A stretch of DNA of 64,000 nucleotides from Gammaproteobacteria bacterium. Lineage in GTDB: Bacteria; Pseudomonadota; Gammaproteobacteria; Eutrophobiales; Eutrophobiaceae. The stretch covers positions 128,001-192,000 of the forward strand of contig CBDEUK010000002.1 in assembly GCA_965243205.1 (NCBI GenBank), read 5' to 3'. Of the stretch, positions 47,957-58,026 are shown in pieces; positions within the stretch are counted from its first letter, which is position 1; every line of letters starts with the position of its first letter. The position numbers and the translations under genes were made by a program. Below the pieces are notes generated by a model. It was not told where the DNA came from and searched no databases. It worked only from the letters and a program-made list of their open reading frames with translations.

Positions 47957-50246
47957 GGTATTCCTCCAATTTAATCAATAATGGTGGCAGAAAGAAGAAG
48001 TCTGCGACCAAAGCAAAAATAATTACAATACTGGTTAAGAGTCCCATTCCTGAATTTAATTCAAAACTTGAAGTCGATAGCAGAAAAAAGCCTGCAGCTA
48101 AAATGATTGATGTAATTAAAAGAGCTCTGCCGACTGTCCTAAATGCATAACGTACAGCGCCTTTGGGTGGTAAATTTTGTTCTCTTCTGGCACGTAAATA
48201 TTTACTGAGCATATGAACAGTATCATCGACCACAATACCTAATGTCATCGTAGTTACTACTGATAGGGATAAGCCGATTTCCCCGACCATCAGTCCCCAT
48301 AATCCAAAGCCCATCGCCGCAGGCACCAAGTTAGGAATTAAACTTACAAAACCAATTTTGAATGATTTTAAAGCGATAATTAAAATTAAAGAAATAAACA
48401 CTAACGCAATAGTTGAACCAAGTAGCATACTTTTAATATTTCGTTGTCCAATATTTGCAAACATTAAACTACTGCCTGTACCGCTGTAATTTTTTATATG
48501 AGTTGTATATGAAGATAACCAATTTTTAGCGCGTTTATCAAAATCGATTAGTTCTTGTGAGGATAATACTTTGGTTCTAATAACGGTCAGTAATAAAGAT
48601 TTATCAATATTAATTTGATTATTTAGATCCAATCCATAGGGCAGAGAGTTTTCATATAATAATATATATTGTGCGGCTAGTTCACGAGATGTTGGTAATT
48701 TATATTGTTCTATATCATCTCCATGAAGATTTTTATTTAACCTTTTCATAGTGTCAGTAAATGAAATAACATTGGTTACTTCAGGTTGTTGTCTAGCCCA
48801 TTGAGCAAAATTTTCAGCATCCTGTAAAAATTTTGCTGCATTAATACCGCTTTCTTCACCAGAATCTAAGGTGTATTCGATATTATAAAGACCCGTTAAA
48901 TTATTATTGATAAAATCAGTATCATTTCTGAATTGAATCGAGTTATCAAAATAATGTACAAAAATGTCATTTAGTTCATTACGAGGTATTGAACAGATTA
49001 ATATGATTATGCCGATAGCGACAGACCAAAATAACAGATTGTAATTTCGTACAACATAACGTCCGAGAGAATCCATAGACGATTTTTTGAATTTCTTTTG
49101 GGATAGTCGATGTATAGGTAATAAAGATAATAAAGCAGGTAGTAAAGTCACAGATAGTAATAGTGAAACTAAAACTCCAATTGCCACAAAATTACCAAGG
49201 TGTCTAAAAGGCGGGACATCAGAAAAATTCATCGCTAAAAAACCAATAGTTGTAGTAATAGAAGCGATGAATATAGGTTGTAGATTAATCCGTAAGCTTT
49301 CTAAAATAGCATCGATTTTTTTATGGCCAATAGCGTATTCATAATTCATATTAGATAGGATATGTACGCAATTAGCTATCGCTACAGTAAGGATAATAGT
49401 TGGAGCAGAAATTGAAGCAGGCGAGAGTGGGAAGCCAAGCATTGCACCCAACCCCATTGCTGTAATAATGGCAAATAAAATAACGACTAATGAACAGATA
49501 GTACCGATGATTCCGCCAACCATGATGGCAAGAATTAATAACATTAATGCAAAACTTAATGGGACAAGGAAGCTTATATCTTTTTTAGCTGATTCTGAAA
49601 AAGCATTATTCATCATTATCATGCCAGTTAAATAAAGCTTAACACTTGGGTGCTTTGCTTCTATTTCACTAACCATTTTTCGAACATGCTCGACTATTTC
49701 AGGTGTTTCTTTGTCTTTATCAATACCAGGTAATTGTACTGTTATATTGATACCCGCTACATGTCCTGATTTAGAGCTTAAACTATTAACAATTAATGGT
49801 TCTGTCGTTGCTACATGTCGTATCTTTTCTATGTCTTTCTCTGTTAGATTATCTGTATCAGGTACAAGGTCAGCGACAATGACATCATCTTCAACAGATT
49901 CTGTATGTTGATAATTTGTAATTGAATCGACGCGATTTGAATAAGGTATTTGCCAGGCTTTTTCTGTTATCTCTTTTAGAATGGCTAAATTTTCTTTGGT
50001 AAATATATTTTTATTATCTGGCGCAATAGCAATCAGAACATTATCTTTTTTGGAAAAGATTTTTTCCATGGTTTCAAACGCGATCAGTTCGGGATTATCT
50101 TCACTGAAAAAAATACGATAGTCGGTGGTGAAATGCAGCTGCTTAGCGCCTTGTAACCCAGCGACAACTAGACACAAACTGAGAGTGATAATTAAATATC
50201 GATAACGAATTACCCAGCCGCCAAATCGTGTTTCAAAATCTTGCAT
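47910..50246 (-). CDS. MMPL/RND-family transporter (copy 2)
   Basis: RVDSITNYQH, VAIANCVH (TM4), LPYGLDLN, GIVVDDTVH (TM10). Confidence 0.9.
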   Translation of the reverse strand: MQDFETRFGGWVIRYRYLIITLSLCLVVAGLQGAKQLHFTTDYRIFFSEDNPELIAFETMEKIFSKKDNVLIAIAPDNKNIFTKENLAILKEITEKAWQIPYSNRVDSITNYQHTESVEDDVIVADLVPDTDNLTEKDIEKIRHVATTEPLIVNSLSSKSGHVAGINITVQLPGIDKDKETPEIVEHVRKMVSEIEAKHPSVKLYLTGMIMMNNAFSESAKKDISFLVPLSFALMLLILAIMVGGIIGTICSLVVILFAIITAMGLGAMLGFPLSPASISAPTIILTVAIANCVHILSNMNYEYAIGHKKIDAILESLRINLQPIFIASITTTIGFLAMNFSDVPPFRHLGNFVAIGVLVSLLLSVTLLPALLSLLPIHRLSQKKFKKSSMDSLGRYVVRNYNLLFWSVAIGIIILICSIPRNELNDIFVHYFDNSIQFRNDTDFINNNLTGLYNIEYTLDSGEESGINAAKFLQDAENFAQWARQQPEVTNVISFTDTMKRLNKNLHGDDIEQYKLPTSRELAAQYILLYENSLPYGLDLNNQINIDKSLLLTVIRTKVLSSQELIDFDKRAKNWLSSYTTHIKNYSGTGSSLMFANIGQRNIKSMLLGSTIALVFISLILIIALKSFKIGFVSLIPNLVPAAMGFGLWGLMVGEIGLSLSVVTTMTLGIVVDDTVHMLSKYLRARREQNLPPKGAVRYAFRTVGRALLITSIILAAGFFLLSTSSFELNSGMGLLTSIVIIFALVADFFFLPPLLIKLEEYHEKKLASTSTITQPN

Positions 50247-50278
50247 GATATTATTAAGTCCTTTTTATCGAATACGAG

Positions 50279-50893
50279 CTAGTAAGCACGTTGCTCGATT
50301 CCTTTAATAATGAGTTTAAATACTTCATTCGCAAGCACTTCGAATGTTTCGAGAGGATAAAAGCCCATGAAAACTGGAGTATCGAATAGAGCAATCGAAG
50401 TATAAATGGCTCTGCTGGTTTCATCTATGTTGTCTATCACAAATTCATCAGATTCAAGGCCTTGAAGAAGGATGCTTTTGATTTCTGATTGTATGACAGA
50501 TATTTTATTATGAATGACAGCAGGTTTTTCATCTGTTACATAAGCGATCAGCTCATAAATTTTTTCATCATTCTCAAAAATATCATGACAGAGTCTAAGG
50601 GTGGTTAAAATTAAGATTTGAAGCTTTTCGCTAGCAGAAGCTGATTCATTACTCTGGATAGTTTGTTTGATTGTCGTTAAGCGTTTTTCAATACAACCTT
50701 CAACACATGCACAGGCGATTTCTTGCTTATTTTTGAAATAGCGGTAAAGGTTAGCCGCAGACATGCCACAATCTTCGGCAATTTCTGCCATGGTGGATTT
50801 GGTATAGCCATATTGACGAAAACGATTAAATGCTGACTCGATAATCCTTTCGTGTGTGGCCTCGTTTATATTAATTATTAATGCCGATTCCAT
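50279..50893 (-). CDS. TetR-family regulator heading the second MMPL operon
   Basis: GYTKSTMAEIAEDCGMSAANLYRYFKNK. Confidence 0.9.
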   Translation of the reverse strand: MESALIININEATHERIIESAFNRFRQYGYTKSTMAEIAEDCGMSAANLYRYFKNKQEIACACVEGCIEKRLTTIKQTIQSNESASASEKLQILILTTLRLCHDIFENDEKIYELIAYVTDEKPAVIHNKISVIQSEIKSILLQGLESDEFVIDNIDETSRAIYTSIALFDTPVFMGFYPLETFEVLANEVFKLIIKGIEQRAY

Positions 50894-50988
50894 GCCCTAA
50901 GTATGCTTTTCTTAGGGTGAATAATCAACGAAATATTCAGTGTTCAGTTTTGCGTAAAATTTGGTGGTTTCTGGTTATTTGAGAGAGA

Positions 50989-51354
50989 TTATTTTGTAAA
51001 ACACTGCATTTCGCCCAAACGACGACGTAAATAAGTAAGTTCTTGATTTACTTTAGAAGCTTCTATTTCACTTTTAAACGTCATGGCATGTGAAAAGCCC
51101 ACAAAGAAAACAGCCGGCGTGAAAACCGTACTAGTTACTGACGCAATGGTGTTATTACGGCTATTGTAGATTGGTGATTCATAATTCAGAGTGTGAATTT
51201 CTAACTCACTGACTTGATAGTACAGTTCTTCGCAGCTTTGATGGTCATAGATACTGGTATCTAATTCGGCTTTGACTGAGATTGCCCAACTGATATTGCT
51301 ATTTAATAACAGCAGGCAGAATAGTAAATTGGATCGAATCATAGCTCTTCTCAT
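50989..51354 (-). CDS. Hypothetical exported protein
   Basis: Signal peptide, SCEEL motif, hydrophobic central segment, C-terminal Cys. Confidence 0.55.
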   Translation of the reverse strand: MRRAMIRSNLLFCLLLLNSNISWAISVKAELDTSIYDHQSCEELYYQVSELEIHTLNYESPIYNSRNNTIASVTSTVFTPAVFFVGFSHAMTFKSEIEASKVNQELTYLRRRLGEMQCFTK

Positions 51355-51376
51355 TCAATAATCATAAGAAGAAATC

Positions 51377-51393
51377 AGCAAGCTCTATGCCAG
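51377..51393 (-). promoter_or_regulatory. sigma54 (-24/-12) promoter
   Basis: CTGGCAT-AGAGC-TTGCT on the minus strand, canonical GG-N10-GC spacing, ~25 bp upstream of ATG 51354. Confidence 0.6.
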
Positions 51394-51417
51394 TGATTTA
51401 ATGTAAACAGAAAATAA

Positions 51418-52377
51418 TTATTTTTCGATAAAAAACTGGCCGTAGGCGCGGGAACCCTCTCCAGTAATCAACGTATCAGTGACTTTCAGAGTATTTGTAT
51501 CAATGACCGAAACTGTGCCATCAAACCAGTTTGCGACATAAATATGTTTGCCATCAGGATGCATATTGATTCCTTCTGGCATTTCACCAACATCAATTCG
51601 TGTTATTTCTTCATAGGTTGTTCGATCAACTACGGATACATTACTGGCTCGTTTATTCGTAATAAATAACTGATTATGTATTTCATCGACTGAAACGATA
51701 TAAGGAAAAGTATCAACAGGAAATGTATGAATGACTTTCGCAGCTTCAATATCAATAACACTAACATCTTCAGACTGTACATTCACTGCATACAGACGTT
51801 GCGTATCATAATCTGCGGTGATTCCAAACGGGGCAGTGCCAACATTAATTTCTGATTGTTTCTTACCGGATTCTATATCGATAAACAACACGGCATTATC
51901 ATTTTTATTAGCAACAAATAATGTTTTGTCATCACTCGATATTGCAAGACCAGAAGGTGCATTGCCAACAGGGAATTCGTTTTCAATGTTAAGTGTTTCG
52001 GTGTTGAGCACAAACACACTGTCTTGATACCAATCGGCTATAAACAATCGTTTATCATCATTACTGATAATCATAGCCAGAGGTGCTTGGCCAATTTTAA
52101 TTGCTTTAATGACTTCTAAAGAATCAGTATCTATCACACTGATTTCTTGACTGCCTGGGTTGCTTATATAGACATATTTATTGTTATGACTTGCCACAAC
52201 TCCAGCGGGTTTAATTCCAACCTGAATGGTTTTTATGATGGAATTTTGTTCCGTATCAATAACGGAAACTGTGTTTTCGAGTTGATTGGTAATGAAGGCT
52301 AAATTTTGGGCCTTAACAAAACTTGCTAAGGCCCAAATAGATAATAATAAAATGATTTGAATGAATCTAAATTTCAC
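51418..52377 (-). CDS. YVTN-type beta-propeller protein (MxaE-like)
   Basis: Seven VG..P.G....D...(Y/F)V.N.....VSVID repeats; signal peptide; directly downstream of mxaD-like gene. Confidence 0.75.
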   Translation of the reverse strand: MKFRFIQIILLLSIWALASFVKAQNLAFITNQLENTVSVIDTEQNSIIKTIQVGIKPAGVVASHNNKYVYISNPGSQEISVIDTDSLEVIKAIKIGQAPLAMIISNDDKRLFIADWYQDSVFVLNTETLNIENEFPVGNAPSGLAISSDDKTLFVANKNDNAVLFIDIESGKKQSEINVGTAPFGITADYDTQRLYAVNVQSEDVSVIDIEAAKVIHTFPVDTFPYIVSVDEIHNQLFITNKRASNVSVVDRTTYEEITRIDVGEMPEGINMHPDGKHIYVANWFDGTVSVIDTNTLKVTDTLITGEGSRAYGQFFIEK

Positions 52378-52394
52378 TATTTTAGAAAATTAGA

Positions 52395-52931
52395 CTATTT
52401 GCTTTCGAAGTGAGCTTTCAGACCATCTAATGTTTTTTGGTGTAAAGCTTCAACAGCGGCTTTACATACGGCATCAGTGCGATCAGGTGGAGGAGATTTA
52501 CCTTCAAATGAGCTATAGGCAGTACCACGAATTTGTACTTTTGAGCCTGAACCGCTTTCAGAGACAGATAAAAAAGACCCCATAGAACGGATTGGCATAC
52601 CTTGTATCACACGACCATCTTCCACCTTTAAGGTTGTTAGCATACGTTTTCGATCGGCTTGAACTTTGGTGACTTCTTCTTTTAATTTTTCACCATTATC
52701 AAGAGTAAAATCTCGAACAGCGCCTAAGCCGTCACCAGTTGAAGAACATTCAGTAATCGATTCATTCCAATCTTTTAAAGCGCATAGCTTATTTACAGCT
52801 GCCCAAACTTCATCAGGGCTTGCATTTACTTCGGTTGATAGATCAAATTTTAAAGGGGTTGGTCCGTGGCCAAAGGCCAGGGCAGGAATTAGGCTTAACC
52901 CAATCAATCCTAATTTCATTGCTTTGAGCAT
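52395..52931 (-). CDS. mxaD: MxaD-like SRPBCC-family periplasmic protein
   Basis: Signal peptide then HGPTP.K...EVNASPDEVW, G.GAVR..TL..G..LKE; ATG 52931 after GGAG RBS. Confidence 0.65.
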   Translation of the reverse strand: MLKAMKLGLIGLSLIPALAFGHGPTPLKFDLSTEVNASPDEVWAAVNKLCALKDWNESITECSSTGDGLGAVRDFTLDNGEKLKEEVTKVQADRKRMLTTLKVEDGRVIQGMPIRSMGSFLSVSESGSGSKVQIRGTAYSSFEGKSPPPDRTDAVCKAAVEALHQKTLDGLKAHFESK

Positions 52932-52962
52932 ATTTATCTCCACTGCTGTTTATTAATAATGA

Positions 52963-53484
52963 TTGTTAAAAATTGCTAAGTTCTTACAATTAAGAGCTTG
53001 CGGTATTCTAAATGAAATCGAAGGAATAAATCCAATTTACACTCAAAAATACCAATTTTTCTTGGTTTGTTTTTTATTGCTGTTGATTACATTTTGTTCT
53101 GCAGCTGAAGTTCCTTTGTCGATTCAAACTTCGACAAATCCAGTGGTTTTTAACATAGAAATTGCTAATACACCTGAAAAGAGGCGTTTAGGCTTAATGC
53201 ATCGAACCACGTTAGCGCCATCTGCTGCTATGTTATTTGAGTATCCTGAACCCAGAAAAGTTTCGATGTGGATGAAGAATACGGCTATCCCTTTGGATAT
53301 TATTTTTATTAATAAAGAGGGAACTATTGTAAAAATACATACTCATGCTGAGCCGTTTAGTGAACAAAGTATCTCATCTGAGCAACCAGTATTGGCTGTT
53401 TTAGAAGTCAATGCTGGTTTGGTTGAAAAGTTCAATATAAAGATTGGTAATAGTGTTATTTATGATTTATTCATAAAGAAATAA
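52963..53484 (+). CDS. DUF192-family protein (true start probably downstream)
   Basis: EIANTPEKRRLGLM.R, MLF, MWMKNT.IPLDIIF, VLEVNAG. Confidence 0.85.
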   Translation: MLKIAKFLQLRACGILNEIEGINPIYTQKYQFFLVCFLLLLITFCSAAEVPLSIQTSTNPVVFNIEIANTPEKRRLGLMHRTTLAPSAAMLFEYPEPRKVSMWMKNTAIPLDIIFINKEGTIVKIHTHAEPFSEQSISSEQPVLAVLEVNAGLVEKFNIKIGNSVIYDLFIKK

Positions 53485-53491
53485 ACAAGCA

Positions 53492-54481
53492 ATGAAACTT
53501 TTTAAAATCGTTATATCTTATGTATTTCTAACATTGTTATTTGCTACCTATTATTTCTTTTATACACCAGGAACTAATTCAAAGTTTGAAAATAATCTAT
53601 TAACTGCTTCGGAAACTAACTTAGAAAATCGTTTAAATAAACATATATGTGTACTTTCTGAAGAGATCGGTGAGCGTCATTATTTAGCAGAAGGTTCGTT
53701 ACAAAAAACAGCTGATTATATTCATACTGAATTTTCTCGACTCAATTCAGATGTATCCACAATTGAATATGGTGAAAATAAACAATACAAAATTGTATCA
53801 ATAAAGTTACAGGGAAAAAGTAATAAGCCGCGCTCAATTATTATTGGAGCACATTATGATACTGTGCCTTTAACCTTAGGAGCTGATGATAACGCATCGG
53901 GAATAGCGGCTTTAATAGAATTAGCCAGTGAATTAAAAAACGAATCGTTAAAACACAATCTCATTTTTGTTGGCTTTCCAAATGAAGAAGCGCCTTTTTA
54001 TGGAACAGGATTGATGGGTAGTTATGTATACGCACGGTCCCTTAATAAAATTGATGTAATAGGAATGATCTCTCTGGAAATGTTGGGGTTTTATTCTTAT
54101 GAGAAAAACAGTCAAGAATTTCCATTTCCTTTGCAATGGTTTTATCCAGATACGGCTTCTTTTATCGCGTTTGTCGGCAACTTAAAATCACGGCAGTGGC
54201 TGCATCAATCAATTAAATCGTATAGAGAACATGCAAAAATTCCTGCTGAAGGTTTAACCGCACCAGAAATTTTAGTGCCCGATATTTCTAGATCGGATCA
54301 ATTATCGTTTTGGCAGCAAGGTATTCCAGCATTCATGATAACCGATACAGCGGAATATCGTTCACCGCATTATCATTTTGCGGATGACATTATAGAAACC
54401 CTGGATACGCAAACAATGACGAAAGTTGTTGTCGGGCTAAAAGCCATGTTAATGAATTTAGCCAATATGGATTATCCTTAA
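53492..54481 (+). CDS. M28-family metallopeptidase
   Basis: IGAHYD, GADDNASG, NEE, LEMLG, RSD, YH. Confidence 0.85.
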   Translation: MKLFKIVISYVFLTLLFATYYFFYTPGTNSKFENNLLTASETNLENRLNKHICVLSEEIGERHYLAEGSLQKTADYIHTEFSRLNSDVSTIEYGENKQYKIVSIKLQGKSNKPRSIIIGAHYDTVPLTLGADDNASGIAALIELASELKNESLKHNLIFVGFPNEEAPFYGTGLMGSYVYARSLNKIDVIGMISLEMLGFYSYEKNSQEFPFPLQWFYPDTASFIAFVGNLKSRQWLHQSIKSYREHAKIPAEGLTAPEILVPDISRSDQLSFWQQGIPAFMITDTAEYRSPHYHFADDIIETLDTQTMTKVVVGLKAMLMNLANMDYP

Positions 54482-54572
54482 ACAAGTATAAGAACTGACT
54501 ATCCCTGATCCCCAGACCATAATATAATGCGCCACTTTGATTTAGACACATAGATATTCTGAGAGACATTGA

Positions 54573-55733
54573 ATGAAAATTATTATTGCCCCTGATTCCT
54601 TTAAAGAAAATATGACCTCATTGCAGGTTGCCACAGCCATTGAAAAAGGTATTCACAGAGTTTTACCAAAAGCAAAATGCATTAAAGTACCAATGGCAGA
54701 TGGTGGTGAAGGAACAGTGCAATCATTAGTCGATGCGACAGGTGGAAAATTTATTCGTAAAAAAGTAACGGGGCCAGCTAAGAAACCCGTTAGTGCACGA
54801 TATGGCATGTTATCTGATGGCGAAACCGCGGTCATTGAAATGGCTGAAGCGTCAGGTTTGCATTTGGTGAGTGGAAAAACTCGAAATCCATCGATTACTA
54901 CAACATTTGGCACTGGACAGCTAATGCTTGATGCCATTAACAAAGGCGCTAAGCACATCATTATTGGTATTGGTGGCTCAGCCACAACTGATGGTGGTGT
55001 CGGCATGGCACAAGCTCTAGGCGTTAAGTTTTTAGGCAAGACGGGTAGAGAGATAAAAGAATTAGGTGCTGGTGGCATGTTAAACAAAATCCATCAGATA
55101 GATATGTCTAATATCGATTCACGTATTCGTAAAACAAAAGTGACGGTTGCATGCGATGTTGATAACCCATTATGTGGCTCACGTGGAGCCGCAGCAGTGT
55201 TTGGACCACAAAAAGGCGCAACTCCAGCTATGGTAAAAACCTTAGATGCTAATTTAAAACATCTTGGCTCTTTAATTAAAAGCGATTTAAAGAAAAACGT
55301 CATGTCTATCAAAGGCGCAGGTGCCGCTGGCGGTTTAGGTGCAGGCTTGATGGCATTTACTGGAGCAAAACTGAAAAGTGGTGTGGATATCGTTGTCGAT
55401 GCAACAGGTTTAAAAGATGTCATCAAAGGTGCTGACTTAGTCATTACAGGCGAAGGGCGTGTAGATTTTCAAACGGCCTTTGGTAAAACACCCGCTGGTG
55501 TTGCTAAAGCAGCGAAAAAATTTCGAGTGCCTGTAGTCGCCATTGGCGGTGGCTTAGCGGATGATGCTAGAGGGGTATTTGAATATGGTATTCATGGATT
55601 GGATAGCGCAGTCGCAGCACCCATTTCATTAGATGAAGCTTTTGCAAAAAGTAAAATTTTAGTCGCCAATGCAGCAGAGCGAGTAATTAGAACTATTTTG
55701 ATTGGTAAAAAAATGCAAAAGCCTAAACGCTGA
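54573..55733 (+). CDS. glxK: Glycerate kinase (GlxK/GarK class)
   Basis: IAPDSFK, PMADGGEGT, EMAEASG, GGSATTDGG, GAAGG, TGEG, GKTP. Confidence 0.92.
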   Translation: MKIIIAPDSFKENMTSLQVATAIEKGIHRVLPKAKCIKVPMADGGEGTVQSLVDATGGKFIRKKVTGPAKKPVSARYGMLSDGETAVIEMAEASGLHLVSGKTRNPSITTTFGTGQLMLDAINKGAKHIIIGIGGSATTDGGVGMAQALGVKFLGKTGREIKELGAGGMLNKIHQIDMSNIDSRIRKTKVTVACDVDNPLCGSRGAAAVFGPQKGATPAMVKTLDANLKHLGSLIKSDLKKNVMSIKGAGAAGGLGAGLMAFTGAKLKSGVDIVVDATGLKDVIKGADLVITGEGRVDFQTAFGKTPAGVAKAAKKFRVPVVAIGGGLADDARGVFEYGIHGLDSAVAAPISLDEAFAKSKILVANAAERVIRTILIGKKMQKPKR

Positions 55734-55773
55734 ATTAAACCTATTTAGTAATAGTGTTAGTTTCCTTTAATTC

Positions 55774-57021
55774 ATGAAATTTTCTAAATTTGCTCATCGT
55801 TTTTCAGCTAATGCTGGCATCGTGCAATTGATGGACGATCTGGGGTCTGCGATGGCTGGCAACGATATGTTAATGTTGGGTGGAGGTAATCCCAGTCATA
55901 TTCCGCAAGTATTGCAATATTTTCACGAACGTTTGCAACGTATTATTGATAGCCCATCTCAATTTACTGCTTTAATTGGAAATTATGATTCGCCTCAAGG
56001 TGAGCCTGAGTTTATTGCAGCATTGGTAGCGTATTTAAATGACGAGTATGGTTGGAAGCTAACGAATAAGAATATTGCTTTAACCAGTGGTAGCCAAGCT
56101 GGATTCTTTGCTTTATTTAATATGTTTACGGGCGAATATGAATCTGGGCAGAGAAAAAAATGTTTATTGCCGGTTTCTCCAGAATACATTGGTTATAAAG
56201 ACATTCCTTTAGAAGATGATTTATTAATTTCACAACGCCCATTAATTGAAAAGTTAGGTGAACACTTTTTTAAGTACCATGTGGATTTTGAAAATTTAGT
56301 CATTGATGAATCTATTGGAGCCATTTGTGTTTCTCGTCCTAGCAACCCAACGGGCAATGTCATAACAGAGCAAGAAATTCATAAACTATCAGAATTAGCT
56401 GATGAACATTCCATTCCGTTAATCATTGATAATGCTTATGGACTTCCGTTTCCTAATATCATCTTTGAAGAAACAAAGCCGTTTTATAACGACAATACCA
56501 TTTTGTGTATGAGCCTTTCTAAACTTGGTTTACCAGGTTGTCGTACTGGTATTGTGATTGCGAATGAAGAAGTCATTAGTCATTTAAGCAGTATGACGGC
56601 TATTATGAATTTATCTCAAGGTAGCATTGGGCCTGCATTGGCTTATGATGTGATTAACTCAGGCGAAATTACTTCTTTATGTAAAAACGTTATCAAGCCT
56701 TATTATGAAAGTCGAAAAGATGCAGTTGTTGAATGGATAAAAGAATTATTTACCGATATTGATTATTTTATCCATAAACCAGAAGGCGCTATCTTTTTAT
56801 GGTTGTGGTTTCCAGAATTGACGATTACAAATCAGATTTTATACGAAAAATTAAAAGAGCAGGGGGTGTTGGTGCTTTCTGGTCATCATTTTTTTCCAGG
56901 CTTGAATGATGAATGGGAACACAAACAACAGTGTATTCGTATTACTTATTCACAATCACCAGAAGTTGTACGCAAAGCCTTAGAAATTATTGCGGAAGAA
57001 GTTAAGCAAAATACACGCTAA
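55774..57021 (+). CDS. avtA: Valine--pyruvate aminotransferase
   Basis: GIVQLMDDLG...MLGGGNP, NYDSPQG, SRPSNPTGN, DNAYG, MSLSKLGLPG.RTG. Confidence 0.9.
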   Translation: MKFSKFAHRFSANAGIVQLMDDLGSAMAGNDMLMLGGGNPSHIPQVLQYFHERLQRIIDSPSQFTALIGNYDSPQGEPEFIAALVAYLNDEYGWKLTNKNIALTSGSQAGFFALFNMFTGEYESGQRKKCLLPVSPEYIGYKDIPLEDDLLISQRPLIEKLGEHFFKYHVDFENLVIDESIGAICVSRPSNPTGNVITEQEIHKLSELADEHSIPLIIDNAYGLPFPNIIFEETKPFYNDNTILCMSLSKLGLPGCRTGIVIANEEVISHLSSMTAIMNLSQGSIGPALAYDVINSGEITSLCKNVIKPYYESRKDAVVEWIKELFTDIDYFIHKPEGAIFLWLWFPELTITNQILYEKLKEQGVLVLSGHHFFPGLNDEWEHKQQCIRITYSQSPEVVRKALEIIAEEVKQNTR

Positions 57022-58004
57022 ACAGCAGGTGTGAAATAGGCATGTACCGTTGAGAATAGTTTTTCGATAAATGATTTTTTCTTAACGTTCTCGACTAAAT
57101 AAACATTATACTCATCAATCGCATTCATTAAGTAAGCTTCACTGGTAGAAAGCTCATCCACTAAATTAAGCTCTAGTGCTTGTTTACCATACCAATGTTC
57201 CCCGGTCGCTATTTTTTCAACATCGACTTGCTCACGATTGGTTTTTACAAAATCTTTAAAGAGAATATGAGTCTCTTCCAGTTCTTCTTGGAGTTTTTCT
57301 CGGTCTTCATCCGTGTTCTCACCAAACATAGTGAGTGTGCGTTTGTATTTACCTGCGGAAACTTGTTCAAAGTCTATGTTATGTTTTTTCAATAGCTTAT
57401 TAAAATTAGGAATTTGAGCGAGCACACCAATAGATCCAATAATTGCGAAAGGTGCTGCAATAATTTTATCGGCAACACAAGCCATCATATAACCGCCACT
57501 GGCAGCGACTTTATCAACTGCAACGGTTAGATGATTACCGTTATCTTTGATTCTTAATAGTTGAGAAGCCGCATAACCATAACCATGTACAGTGCCGCCG
57601 CCGCTTTCTAAAACGACAACCACTTCATCATTAGATTTTAAAATAGATATGATCGCTGTAATTTCATCAGCAAGGTTAGAAGCATCGCTAGCACGAATGT
57701 CACCTTTGAAATTTAAAACAAACATACGCTTCTTAGATTCGGGTTGTTTTTTCCGTTCCTTTTCTTCTTTTTTATTCTGTTTGGATAACTCTTTTAATTC
57801 TTTTTTATCTAATATTAATGAGTTAATAGAACTACGTAGAGTGTCTACTTTATTGTTGAAGTGTTTTATATCAAGCTGTTCAAATGATTCAGATTTAGCT
57901 TTTACGACTAAAATAAAAATAATAATCAATAAAAAAACTACAACGATAAAGATAGAAACTAATTTGGCTAAAAAAAGCCCATATTCAGGGAGAAATTCGA
58001 TCAA
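57018..58004 (-). CDS. sohB: S49-family protease SohB
   Basis: EYGLFLAK N-terminus (TTG start 58004), ESGGGTVHGYG, DKVAASGGYMMAC, GSIGV, ATGEHW. Confidence 0.92.
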   Translation of the reverse strand: MIEFLPEYGLFLAKLVSIFIVVVFLLIIIFILVVKAKSESFEQLDIKHFNNKVDTLRSSINSLILDKKELKELSKQNKKEEKERKKQPESKKRMFVLNFKGDIRASDASNLADEITAIISILKSNDEVVVVLESGGGTVHGYGYAASQLLRIKDNGNHLTVAVDKVAASGGYMMACVADKIIAAPFAIIGSIGVLAQIPNFNKLLKKHNIDFEQVSAGKYKRTLTMFGENTDEDREKLQEELEETHILFKDFVKTNREQVDVEKIATGEHWYGKQALELNLVDELSTSEAYLMNAIDEYNVYLVENVKKKSFIEKLFSTVHAYFTPAV

Positions 58005-58026
58005 CTTAATAGTACCTAATTGTAGA

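Noticed and set aside
54573-55733. Glycerate kinase as proof of a serine cycle
   Set aside because: It is the widespread GlxK/GarK class and no other serine-cycle gene is adjacent
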